A DNA stretch of 64,000 bases, taken from a virus (lineage: Duplodnaviria; Caudoviricetes). How positions within the stretch are numbered: the first letter of the stretch is position 1; the number at the start of each line of letters is the position of its first letter. The translations under genes were made by a program, and so were the position numbers. The stretch lies in IMG/VR virus record IMGVR_UViG_3300032030_002802, positions 96,001 to 160,000 of that record; one strand, 5' to 3'. Positions 17,520-26,936 of this stretch are shown here, piece by piece. The notes below the pieces were generated by a model. The model searched no databases. It worked only from the letters and a program-made list of their open reading frames with translations, and was not told the origin of the DNA.

Positions 17520-18464
17520 ATGGCGGCAGTTGAAAACGTCGAGTGGCTCAACCAGAACCTGCTTAGGGCCTACCCGCTCAGGGAGGACGCGGACACGGTC
17601 CCGTCCCTCCCGAGCGGCGTCAGGGCCGAGGGCCTGCGCGTACCGACGTGCCTGGTGACGGACTTCTCGTTCACGCTCCCCTTCGACGACGTGGACGGGA
17701 CGGTCCCGTCGCTGACAGGCATATCGCACGCCGGCGGCGGGTTCACGCTGGAGATATCGCTCGGGGACGCCGTGCTCGCCACCGTGTCCGCCAAGACGGC
17801 GGACCACTACATGAACCGGGCGTACGGCCTGCGCGGCACCGGCGACAACGCCGACTGCGGCGGGTGGATCGTCCTCGGCGACCTGGAGCGCGCGGCTGAG
17901 GAGCTGCCAGAGGGCGTCTACCGGTTCGAGCCGGACCAGGTGCCGTTCGAGGTGTCGACCCTCCGCATGGCCCCGCGCGGCGTCCGGAGCATAACCGCCG
18001 TCGGCAAGTACGGGCTGCGCACCTACGAGCCCCTGTACGGCAACGTCAGGATCATCGCCGGCACGGACATGCGGGTGCGCAACGACGGGCCCGAGAACGC
18101 GATCTGGCTCCAGGCCGAGTCCAAGACGGGCTACGAGCGCACGGAGCCGTGCCCGTGCGGCGGGGCCGCGGCCCGCCGCGTCGGCAGCATAAACGGGATG
18201 AACGTCGACAACGTGGACATCGTCGGCGACGGCGTGTGCGTGTCCGTGAACCAGGCCGGGACGACCCTGCAGATACGGGACGAGTGCTCGAAGCCGTGCT
18301 GCGGGTGCGCCGAGCTCAACTTCGTGGAGGCGGCCCTCGCGACGGTCAACAAGTCCGTGTCCACGCTGCAGGAATACGCCGAGGCCCTGAGCGAGCGGAT
18401 CGCGGAGCTCCGGGGCAACGTGCAGGCGACAACGGCAACCGTAAACGCGTACCCGACGCCATGA
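17520..18464 (+). CDS. putative tail/baseplate-associated protein, paralogue 1
   Basis: EWLNQNLLRAYPL; SING; CSKPCCGC followed by coiled coil. Confidence 0.65.
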   Translation: MAAVENVEWLNQNLLRAYPLREDADTVPSLPSGVRAEGLRVPTCLVTDFSFTLPFDDVDGTVPSLTGISHAGGGFTLEISLGDAVLATVSAKTADHYMNRAYGLRGTGDNADCGGWIVLGDLERAAEELPEGVYRFEPDQVPFEVSTLRMAPRGVRSITAVGKYGLRTYEPLYGNVRIIAGTDMRVRNDGPENAIWLQAESKTGYERTEPCPCGGAAARRVGSINGMNVDNVDIVGDGVCVSVNQAGTTLQIRDECSKPCCGCAELNFVEAALATVNKSVSTLQEYAEALSERIAELRGNVQATTATVNAYPTP

Positions 18465-19852
18465 ACGAGTTCCTTACAGAGAACGCGAGGCGGGCCTACC
18501 CGCTCGAGCGCGCGATCCAGGACGGCGCCAGGCCGCTCTGGGCGCAGCTGCTCCTCGACGCGTGCGTGGCGACCGACGCGGAGCTCCCGAACGGGGAAAG
18601 GCTGTCGCTCCTGGCAGTCGCGCGCGCAACAGGGCGGCTGCTCCTCATGGTGGGGTCGCCCAGCACTGGCGAGATCGCCGTGCCCGTGCCGCGCGGACAG
18701 CCGGACTTCGCCGTCGTGTACGCCGCGCAGGCGACGTCCAAGGCCAGGCTGAAGGCGTTCCTGACCGTGGACGGCAGGGTCGCCGACAGGATAATGGACG
18801 CGACCGGATACGGCACGGCGAGAACCGCCGTGGGCGTCCCGTTCGCCCTGCGCTGCACGAGCAGCGGGCACAGGCGGGTGACGTCGGTGTCCGCCTACTC
18901 CGCCGGGCAGTGCGAGACGCCCGTCTTCGCCGGACACGCGTCCGAGACGCCGGTGAGGACCGTGTCGGGCGACGTCGTGGTGACAGCCGGAGAGGGCGTC
19001 GACGCGGAGGCCGTCGGGATGCTGCCGCTGGAGGGAAGGCTGCTGCGCCTGTCGGCTATCGCGGCGCCGGAGGAGACGTCTGCGGACGACACGGTCGTGG
19101 ACCTGATGGTGCGGGGCGACGAGTGCATCTCGGTCGAGGCCATGCCGGGGACGAAGGTAGAGGGGGACGCGGTAGTGCCGCGCACCGCGGACGACCCGGA
19201 CGGGCGCGGCGTGACGGGCGGGGGCGTGCTGCGGATCACGAACTCGTGCAAGGCCTGCTGCCAGTGCGGGGACTACAAGGCGGCGCTTGACGCGGTCCGC
19301 GACCCGGAGGAGCTCGCGATAGTGGTCAAGCAGATGCTGGACGAGGCCAAGGCCGCGTACGACGCGGCGGTCGTGGAGCTTGAGGGGCTCAAGGCGGCGG
19401 CGACGGACAGGGTGAACGACCTCGGCAACGTGCGCTGCGGCGCCGTTGCGGCCACGAGCCAGGCCATGTACGCCGACAGCGGGGCCAGCGGCACGCGCGC
19501 CCGCGTCGCGATAACGCTGAGCGTGGAGAACATGACCCAGCTCGACGTCACGGTCGAACTGCCTGCCGACGCGTTCAACCTGAACGACGCCGGCGCGGCC
19601 CCGGCGAACCGCTTCTCGCACGTCAGGACGGCGTGGACGCGCGTGAGCGGCGGCGAGACCGGCTCCGGCACGTGGACGCCCGGCGGGCAGCCGCTGACGG
19701 CCGTGCTGAAGCCGGGCGGGACGCTGCTCGTGTCCGCGACGTACGCCAGGACCGCGACCGCCAACGCGGCGGCGAAGCCCGCCGGGATGACCGTATCCGT
19801 GAGGCTCTCGTCGGCGTCCGGCACCAAGAACAGGACGGTGAGCGTGACATGA
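18461..19852 (+). CDS. putative tail/baseplate-associated protein, paralogue 2
   Basis: MNEFLTENARRAYPL; CKACCQC followed by coiled coil and an Ig-like beta-rich tail; ATGA coupling. Confidence 0.65.
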   Translation: MNEFLTENARRAYPLERAIQDGARPLWAQLLLDACVATDAELPNGERLSLLAVARATGRLLLMVGSPSTGEIAVPVPRGQPDFAVVYAAQATSKARLKAFLTVDGRVADRIMDATGYGTARTAVGVPFALRCTSSGHRRVTSVSAYSAGQCETPVFAGHASETPVRTVSGDVVVTAGEGVDAEAVGMLPLEGRLLRLSAIAAPEETSADDTVVDLMVRGDECISVEAMPGTKVEGDAVVPRTADDPDGRGVTGGGVLRITNSCKACCQCGDYKAALDAVRDPEELAIVVKQMLDEAKAAYDAAVVELEGLKAAATDRVNDLGNVRCGAVAATSQAMYADSGASGTRARVAITLSVENMTQLDVTVELPADAFNLNDAGAAPANRFSHVRTAWTRVSGGETGSGTWTPGGQPLTAVLKPGGTLLVSATYARTATANAAAKPAGMTVSVRLSSASGTKNRTVSVT

Positions 19853-20538
19853 CATCCCCGACCAACACGACCGCCCCCGAGTGGCAGAACGAAAACTCCC
19901 TGAGGGCCTACCCGCTCGCGGACGACGCGCCGGCCACGGCCGTCATACCCGGATGGCTCCTGTCCGACCTGCGCGTGACGTGCTCGGACGAGTACGACCT
20001 CGTGTACGTGAGCAGCGTCTACGTGTCCCATGCGCTGCTGTCCGTCGCCGTGAGCGGGCGCAGGGGCGGCCAGACCGTCGGCCTCCTGGCGCGGACCGTC
20101 ACGCGGGACGAGCTCGAGCCGGACCGCGCGTACTCGATGGACCGCATCTCGGACACCGCGTCCGGGGCCGTCTCGTTCGGCGAACCGCCGTCCGACGCCA
20201 TGATGGTGAAGCTCGCGTTCGCGCCGGAGGAGGCGCCGCTCGCGGAGTCGGCCGTGACGCGCGTCAGGACGCCCGGGGTGAGGAAGGTCGTCGACCCGTT
20301 CCACGGCACGGAGGCGGCCGGGATAATCGACCTGTCTGGCAACAGCGAGTTCAGGACGTCGGTCGACCCGGACGACCCGCAGACGGTCGTGGTGACGCTG
20401 TCCGACCTCTACCGCGACCTCACCACGTCCGTGTGCGACGCGGTGCCCGGCTTCGACACGTGCGGGCGGACGCCGGTCAGGTCGATCAACGGCGTCACGC
20501 CGACGGACGACGGAACGATAACCATAGACTTCAGGTGA
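19849..20538 (+). CDS. putative tail/baseplate-associated protein, paralogue 3
   Basis: EWQNENSLRAYPL; RSINGVTPTDDGTITI; ATGA coupling. Confidence 0.65.
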   Translation: MTSPTNTTAPEWQNENSLRAYPLADDAPATAVIPGWLLSDLRVTCSDEYDLVYVSSVYVSHALLSVAVSGRRGGQTVGLLARTVTRDELEPDRAYSMDRISDTASGAVSFGEPPSDAMMVKLAFAPEEAPLAESAVTRVRTPGVRKVVDPFHGTEAAGIIDLSGNSEFRTSVDPDDPQTVVVTLSDLYRDLTTSVCDAVPGFDTCGRTPVRSINGVTPTDDGTITIDFR

Positions 20539-20543
20539 CGGCA

Positions 20544-21914
20544 ATGCTGTTCAACGACCCAAGATCGACCGAGCGCGACAACCAGAACGCGCTGAGGAAA
20601 TACCCGTTCTCCGACGCGGCCTCCTGCACGGGGAGGCCTGGCGTGATACCGCCAGGCGCCATCGTCGACGCCCAGCTGTACGTCCCCGGCCGCGAACCGG
20701 GGCGCGCGTGGATGTCGGCCGTGGACACGGACGGGAGGCTGCACTTCTCGGACGGGGCCGGCGAGTTCGCGGTGCTGTCCGCGCGGGCCGAGCCGGACTC
20801 GGCCGTGCCCGTGACGTTCACCGGCGACGGGGGTCCCTGCCCCGGCGGCGTGGTGGTGTTCGGCGGCGAGGCGGCCGTGTCGGCCCTCCTCGCGCTGGGC
20901 GGCCAGGAGTTCACGGCGGACCAGGCGGAGCTCGCCCCCGCCGCCGTCTCGTGGCCCGGGCTCCCCGGCGTACTCGGATTCAGGCTGGACGACGGGCACG
21001 TGGTGTACGGCGACGTGAAGATCCGCGGCGAGAACGGCTGCGTCGTCTCCACCTACGTCGAGGGGACCGGCGCGGCCGCGAAGTCCGTGCTGCGCATCTC
21101 GGCCATGGGCCGGCCCGTCGGGTCCTCCGGCACGACCGGCTTCGTGACGAAGGTCGTGTTCACGAGCGACAACACCAGCTTCGTGGTGGCGCCGGACGAG
21201 CTGTCGCCGTGGGCCGTCGACGTGCTCGCGACGGGCGTGTCGACGCTGACCGGCATGACCCCGGCCCTCGACGTCCCGGTCAACGCCGACCAGGACGACC
21301 TGTGCGACGGCGTCAGGGCCAGGCTCGGGTCCGTCCCGTCGCGGCGCGCGACGCCCGGCGCGGCGTGCGGGGAGAAGGCCTGCGACACGTCGCTGCCGAA
21401 GACCTACTACGTAACGCTGTTCGACACGGAGGGGATCCAGGTGACGTGGGAGGCGGCCGAGGACGGCAACCGCATATCCGCCATGGACGGAGTCGAGCTC
21501 AAGCCCCTGCGGCCCGCGCAGATACCAGCCGTGCCGGCCGACAAGCGGTTCGCGGGCTACTACGACGAGGACGGCGCCATGTACTACCGGTACGACGGCA
21601 CGCCGGTCCGCAGGTTCACGGCCGGACGGAACGTGTCGCTGCGCGCGAAGGCGATAGCGCTGGCGTCCAGGGCCACGGTCACCTTCGAGGGGTACGGGAC
21701 GCTCCACATCGCGGCCCCGAGCACCCCCACCTACTCCAACCCGCTCCGCATATCCGGGCTCGAGAGCCCGGTGCCGGTCGTGCAGGAGCGGCAGGACCAG
21801 GCCATCGAGGCCGGCGGGGCCGACGCGCTCGCCGACATCCTTCTGCACCCGGCCGTCCCGGCGGGCGAGGTGCGCATCGGTCTCCGGGGAGCTGACAAGG
21901 CGTCGATGCTATGA
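20544..21914 (+). CDS. putative tail/baseplate-associated protein, paralogue 4, with InlB B-repeat-like insert
   Basis: ERDNQNALRKYPF; YYVTLFD...KRFAGYYDEDG...NVSLRAK. Confidence 0.65.
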   Translation: MLFNDPRSTERDNQNALRKYPFSDAASCTGRPGVIPPGAIVDAQLYVPGREPGRAWMSAVDTDGRLHFSDGAGEFAVLSARAEPDSAVPVTFTGDGGPCPGGVVVFGGEAAVSALLALGGQEFTADQAELAPAAVSWPGLPGVLGFRLDDGHVVYGDVKIRGENGCVVSTYVEGTGAAAKSVLRISAMGRPVGSSGTTGFVTKVVFTSDNTSFVVAPDELSPWAVDVLATGVSTLTGMTPALDVPVNADQDDLCDGVRARLGSVPSRRATPGAACGEKACDTSLPKTYYVTLFDTEGIQVTWEAAEDGNRISAMDGVELKPLRPAQIPAVPADKRFAGYYDEDGAMYYRYDGTPVRRFTAGRNVSLRAKAIALASRATVTFEGYGTLHIAAPSTPTYSNPLRISGLESPVPVVQERQDQAIEAGGADALADILLHPAVPAGEVRIGLRGADKASML

Positions 21915-23323
21915 TAAGGACGATCGCAGACCAGTACCTCGCGCAGAACGCGGGGCGCAGATACCCGTTCAAGGACGACACGGATCTCCCGGACTGGCTT
22001 CCGGACTCGGGGGTGCTCGACTTCAGGTGCACTCTGTACGGGGTGGGGGCCGGCACGGCGCCGGAGGCCCGCCTCGTCAACGTGGCGCACGTGGGCGGCG
22101 GGAACGTGCGGTTCACGGTGGACCTGTCGGCCGGCGGCGTGGTGGTCGACACGATCCGGTTCCTCGTGCCGTCCGGCATGGCGGGGGCTCCGTACACCGC
22201 GTACGCGTCGGGCGACAGGTCGACAGGGGCCCTGGCCGTCACCGACGCGGCCATACCGCCAAACACTGGGGTTCTGCCCTACGACGCGGAGGTTGAGTAC
22301 CTGGAGTCCACGGAGACGCAGTACATTGACACGGGGGTTATTGCATTGGCTGATGACTCTTATGACTTAGATTTTTGGTTGAATAGCCTAAATGGTTCTC
22401 ATGTATTTTTCGGTGCAGCAAACGATGGCGCAAGACGTGCAACAGTGTGGGTGACACTTGGAGGTGCTATCAGATTTGGTGGCGGTGGTGTGGTTTCATT
22501 TGGTAAAAGCGTATGGAAAGTTGGAGATTGGAACTCGCTTCATTCATCCTACTCGACCACCATCCTAAACGGAGTTTCTGCGGTAAACTCATTTCCATAT
22601 CCGTTCGAGGACACATCTTCAACGCAAAATATATTACTGTTCAAAGCGAACGGGATGCCACAATCAACAATAAGGAAAAGGATTAGTAATCTACGTTGGT
22701 ATCGAAGCGGCGTCCTCGTCCGCGACCTCATCCCCGTGCGCTTCACGAACGAACGCGGCCAATCCGAGGGCGCGACGTACGACCGCGTCACGAAGCAGCT
22801 GTTCCGCAACGCCGGCACGGGCGCGTTCCTCTACGGGGGCGACGTCGCCCCAGCACCCGCTGCCGGCGAATACCCCGTCGACATCCCCTTCGCCGCCACG
22901 ACGGTCGTCTGCGACTCCCTGAAGGTCATGAGCCTGCAGTCCGCCCACGACGCGGCAGACGCGCGGGACGTGAGCGACCCAGACGGCCGAGACCCGGTCG
23001 CCATGCTGACGGGCGAGATCGTGCTCGCCGAGGGCCGCAACGCGGAACCGTACCTCGACGGCAGCCGGCTCAGGCTCGACATCCGGAAGGGCGCGGGGCT
23101 CGGGGAGAACTGCCAGGCGATGGCCTCCTCCCAGACCTGCGACAACGTCCTCTTCGCGATAAACGGCGAGCGCCCGGGCTCGGACGGGAACATCAGGATA
23201 GCCGGCGAGAACGGCGTATCCGTCACCGCGCGCCCCGGAGAGCACGCGATAACCATCAAACTGGACGACGTGGCCCGCGACAGGCTCGCGAAGGAGTGCG
23301 CGTCCGCATGCAACGGAGGCTGA
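21911..23323 (+). CDS. putative tail/baseplate-associated protein, paralogue 5, with LamG/concanavalin-like insert
   Basis: QYLAQNAGRRYPF; insert EVEYLESTETQYIDTGV...LVRDLIPVR...YDRVTKQLFRNAGTG; AINGERPGSDGNI. Confidence 0.7.
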   Translation: MIRTIADQYLAQNAGRRYPFKDDTDLPDWLPDSGVLDFRCTLYGVGAGTAPEARLVNVAHVGGGNVRFTVDLSAGGVVVDTIRFLVPSGMAGAPYTAYASGDRSTGALAVTDAAIPPNTGVLPYDAEVEYLESTETQYIDTGVIALADDSYDLDFWLNSLNGSHVFFGAANDGARRATVWVTLGGAIRFGGGGVVSFGKSVWKVGDWNSLHSSYSTTILNGVSAVNSFPYPFEDTSSTQNILLFKANGMPQSTIRKRISNLRWYRSGVLVRDLIPVRFTNERGQSEGATYDRVTKQLFRNAGTGAFLYGGDVAPAPAAGEYPVDIPFAATTVVCDSLKVMSLQSAHDAADARDVSDPDGRDPVAMLTGEIVLAEGRNAEPYLDGSRLRLDIRKGAGLGENCQAMASSQTCDNVLFAINGERPGSDGNIRIAGENGVSVTARPGEHAITIKLDDVARDRLAKECASACNGG

Positions 23324-23324
23324 C

Positions 23325-26300
23325 ATGGCCGTGAGCGACAACCTGTTTTCATTCGCCGACTGGGCCGGGAGCGAGTCGGGCGGACTGACGAGCGACGCCG
23401 GCGGCGCGACGCTGGCGGTGGGCGGCGAGACCGGCACGGTGACGATAACGTCCGGATCCACGCAGCACGTCTACACCAGGTTCGGCGCGGCCGAGGGGTA
23501 CTACAACATGCCGGTCGACCCGAACGCGGCCTACCGCCTGGCGCTCACGATGGCCGGCACGTCCGCGCAGTCCCAGGTCTACTACGTCCCGCTCGGCGCG
23601 AACATGGAGCCGCTCAACTCCGGCAGGTGGCCGTACGTGGCGGCGACGCCCGCGCGCGGAGCCGGAGACGTGGTGGCCGACTTCACCACCCCCGACGACT
23701 GCCGGTACGTGCAGCTGTTCTTCGACGTCCACGACGCCAACAGGCGGATGGCGTTCAGCGGCATACGCCTGTACAGGATGCACGTCGCCGAAAGGGCAGA
23801 GGGGGCGGAGACGTACGGGAACCTCCCCGCACCGGAGCGCGCCGGATGCCTGTTCGGCGGATGGTACACGGCCGCGGACGGAGGCGGCATCCGCATAACC
23901 CGGTACTCCAGGGCGACGGCGGATCCGCTCGCCCTGTACGCGCACTGGGTGGAACCTGCCATGCAGTTCGGGCAGGCCGGCTGCTCCCCGATCGACGTGG
24001 GGCCGTTCGAGCCGATATGCACGCGCCCGGAGATAGGCGGGTCGAGCCCGCTGACACTGAACATACCCGTCCCGACGTACGCGCCGGTCGTCCCGCCGCA
24101 GGAGTGCGTGTGCTTCGAGTTCGAGAAGGGCACGTCCAACGGCACGGTGGGGGTGACCACCTGCGGCGTAGACGCGCAGAACGCGGTGTCTACGCTCACG
24201 GTGGAGATAACGCCGTCGGGCGACGACTGCTGCGGCGGGAAGTACCAGATCACGCCGCACCTGGACCTGACGATCCCATGCGTGCCGTTCGACCTGCCGA
24301 CGTACGAGGAGGGGGCCACGCTCGTAAACGTGACGAACCGCAGCAAAGACGAGTCCAAGGGCGTAGACGGGGGCGTGACTAACCTGGGGCTCATGAAGCA
24401 CTGCTGCGACGTGCGCCCAACTATCGACATCACCTTCCCAGACTGCGTGAAGTACTACGACCCCAAGGCCCTCCCCAAGACGCAGATCACGTACTGGGAC
24501 CTCAACGAGAAGCGCGACGCGCTCGTCAAGAAGACGTGGACGCTCATCGAGATGATTGCGGACGACGTGCACTGCAGCCTGTACCCCAAGGTGAACCCCC
24601 TGGAGCTCCCGGACTGCATCCTGCCCGACTTCAAGGAATCCAAGACGCAGAGCCTGGGGCATAAAGGGTCGATCACGGTGACCCTGGAACGCACGAACTG
24701 CGTCACGACACTGGACCTGTCGGTGACGCCGATCGAGGTCGACATCCCCCCGCCGGCACCGCCGTGCCTGGCGCCCAATACGGTCTCCGGGTCGAATACG
24801 ACAACAAGCACGGACAGCCCGGTGGCCGTGTACGTGCGGCACGAAAACAAGGACGGGACCCTGGACGCCGAAACGGCGCTGCAGGACGTGAGCAGCCAGA
24901 TAAAGCTGGACGTCGAAACCGAGACGGCAACCGGATGCCCGAAGTACAAACCGAGCATCGAGCTGCACCTCGGCGGCGTGTTCGGCGGCGGCGGAGTCGG
25001 ATACGGCGGGGTGGTGCTGCAGGACTACGGCGGGGGCGGCGCATCTGGCAAGGGACGCAGGAACCTCTTCATCGACGGCACGCTGGACGAGGCCAACTAC
25101 AAGACCTGGTACGGCGGTGGGCTCGGCAACACCACGAGCGACGCCAACCCGCCAAAGGTCTACCGGCGCGGCCCGCTGATGCGCGTCAACCAGGAAGGCG
25201 AGACCGGCAACCCGATGGCCGACCTCGCGGTCCCGTTCACGGAACTGTACGACACGCGCACGAACGCGCATGTGCCGTACAGGCTGACGACCGCGGACGG
25301 AACGCAATACGGGAATACATGGTACAGCAGCAGGTCCGGGACGGACGCGCACGGCAACCCGGTGCAGTCCAAGACCCCGCCCAGCGAAGACGGGGCGGGC
25401 GTAGGCGTATACGGCAACCTGGACATGGTGCTGCCGTCCGGGTTCCAGTGGCACAAGCGCGGCGTCGCGGCGACGCTGAGCGACTTCATATGGTCGCAGA
25501 GCGGGGTGCTCAGCACCGTCCACGAGACGCCGGCGTCGGTGCTGCTCTCGCCGGCGCACTCGGTGTGGGGGGACGAGACGGCCGTCACGATCGGCAGCAA
25601 GACATGGGACCTGGGGGGCCTGAACGCCAGCGGGCTCGCGCTCGACCTAGGGTCGGCCGCGACGGGCGTGTTAAGCGGGCTGCGGGTCGACTGGGGGGAC
25701 GGGCTGCGGATATTCGGCCGCGACTACCGCACGTCGGAGACCGAGGCGGAGACCGAGTTAAAGGCCGCGACCGGGGACCGCCAGCCCGACAGGTTCGGCA
25801 GGCTCGAGCTGTACGTGCACGACGGCGACTTCGCCTTCCAGCGGGGGCAGAACGACGGCAGGCTCGTGCTCAACGACACGCGGCCGGGCGAAGACGAAAC
25901 CGAGGCACCGGGGTTCGTAAAGGTGCCAGACGACGACGGGTATACCGATCCCTGGGCGTCATATATGGCGCCATACCGCAGAGGAGGCGACTACACACTG
26001 CCCATCGTGACGGCGGCGCATGACACGGACGCGGAGGAGTATGCGCTGGCGTGGGAGATGTTCAACTACGGAACAGAGGACAAGCCGGCATGGAACGGCC
26101 GCCCAATAAGCACCAGGACGCTAGGAGACGATGTGAATGGACTCGCCGGCCGTGCCAAAACTGCACTGAGTAATGCCAGTACCAGCTACAACAAGATCAA
26201 TGCGCAGGATAACAACACCACGGAAAAGAAGCTCGCCGCCACAATCGCCGCACTGGGAAAGACAAACGCGGCCGTGAGGGCGATCACGGACATCTTCGAC

Positions 26301-26519
26301 GGTGGGGAGTTTACAGTAAGTGGCGAGGACGGTGGAACGACCACTGTTACGTTACGCGGGCTAATCGACATGCTGTATACGGTAGGTGCCATCCTCACAT
26401 CGCTCCGCATGATAAACCTGCACGTCGGCAGGGCCGGGATCATAACCGGCGTCGACGACGCTGAAACCGGCGCGAACATCGTCCGCCGCACGGACCCCGA
26501 GCCGGCATCCGGGTCGTGA
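23325..26519 (+). CDS. large tail fibre/adhesin-like protein: CBM-like domain, InlB B-repeat, Cys-rich region
   Basis: N-terminal jelly-roll-like NLFSF...FTTPDDCRYVQLFF; TYGNLPAPERAGCLFGGWYT...LYAHW (Listeria-Bacteroides repeat); 16 Cys in the central region. Confidence 0.65.
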   Translation: MAVSDNLFSFADWAGSESGGLTSDAGGATLAVGGETGTVTITSGSTQHVYTRFGAAEGYYNMPVDPNAAYRLALTMAGTSAQSQVYYVPLGANMEPLNSGRWPYVAATPARGAGDVVADFTTPDDCRYVQLFFDVHDANRRMAFSGIRLYRMHVAERAEGAETYGNLPAPERAGCLFGGWYTAADGGGIRITRYSRATADPLALYAHWVEPAMQFGQAGCSPIDVGPFEPICTRPEIGGSSPLTLNIPVPTYAPVVPPQECVCFEFEKGTSNGTVGVTTCGVDAQNAVSTLTVEITPSGDDCCGGKYQITPHLDLTIPCVPFDLPTYEEGATLVNVTNRSKDESKGVDGGVTNLGLMKHCCDVRPTIDITFPDCVKYYDPKALPKTQITYWDLNEKRDALVKKTWTLIEMIADDVHCSLYPKVNPLELPDCILPDFKESKTQSLGHKGSITVTLERTNCVTTLDLSVTPIEVDIPPPAPPCLAPNTVSGSNTTTSTDSPVAVYVRHENKDGTLDAETALQDVSSQIKLDVETETATGCPKYKPSIELHLGGVFGGGGVGYGGVVLQDYGGGGASGKGRRNLFIDGTLDEANYKTWYGGGLGNTTSDANPPKVYRRGPLMRVNQEGETGNPMADLAVPFTELYDTRTNAHVPYRLTTADGTQYGNTWYSSRSGTDAHGNPVQSKTPPSEDGAGVGVYGNLDMVLPSGFQWHKRGVAATLSDFIWSQSGVLSTVHETPASVLLSPAHSVWGDETAVTIGSKTWDLGGLNASGLALDLGSAATGVLSGLRVDWGDGLRIFGRDYRTSETEAETELKAATGDRQPDRFGRLELYVHDGDFAFQRGQNDGRLVLNDTRPGEDETEAPGFVKVPDDDGYTDPWASYMAPYRRGGDYTLPIVTAAHDTDAEEYALAWEMFNYGTEDKPAWNGRPISTRTLGDDVNGLAGRAKTALSNASTSYNKINAQDNNTTEKKLAATIAALGKTNAAVRAITDIFDGGEFTVSGEDGGTTTVTLRGLIDMLYTVGAILTSLRMINLHVGRAGIITGVDDAETGANIVRRTDPEPASGS

Positions 26520-26535
26520 CGCGGGCGAAAGGGCG

Positions 26536-26922
26536 TCAGCCCCTGATCGACCCGATGATCGCCCGCGCGGTCTCGTACATCATGTCGCGGCTGCGGAACA
26601 GCAGCTCGACCGCGTCGACGCGGTAGTACGGCACGTTCCGCTCCATGTCCGGCTCGCCGACGGGGATCTCGTCCTCGTCCAGCTCGTCCGCCACGCACAT
26701 GAACTCGTCGCGCGGGGAGCCGTCCTCCATCGGGGCGCCGCGGGTCGCGCGGCGGTACACGAATACGTTCGGGCTGCACCCCTGCGCCCCGACGACGTGC
26801 ATCTTCAGCCGGTGGATCGGCAGCTTGCCGGTCGCGCGCGGCGTGTACGTCACCTCGACCTTGACGGACCCTTCTCCGCGGTCCACCTCGTGGACTTCCG
26901 TCCTCTCTATCGACTTGCCCAT
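26536..26922 (-). CDS. hypothetical protein (128 aa), last gene of the tail operon
   Basis: MGKSIERTEV..., GGAGG RBS; this is the real C-terminal part of track ORF 26536..28977. Confidence 0.75.
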   Translation of the reverse strand: MGKSIERTEVHEVDRGEGSVKVEVTYTPRATGKLPIHRLKMHVVGAQGCSPNVFVYRRATRGAPMEDGSPRDEFMCVADELDEDEIPVGEPDMERNVPYYRVDAVELLFRSRDMMYETARAIIGSIRG

Positions 26923-26936
26923 GGCGCATACCTCCG

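Noticed and set aside
26517-26538. Bidirectional terminator at the convergent junction (TGACGC...GCGTCA)
   Set aside because: Only a 6-bp stem, partly formed by the two stop codons, with no U-tract on either side.
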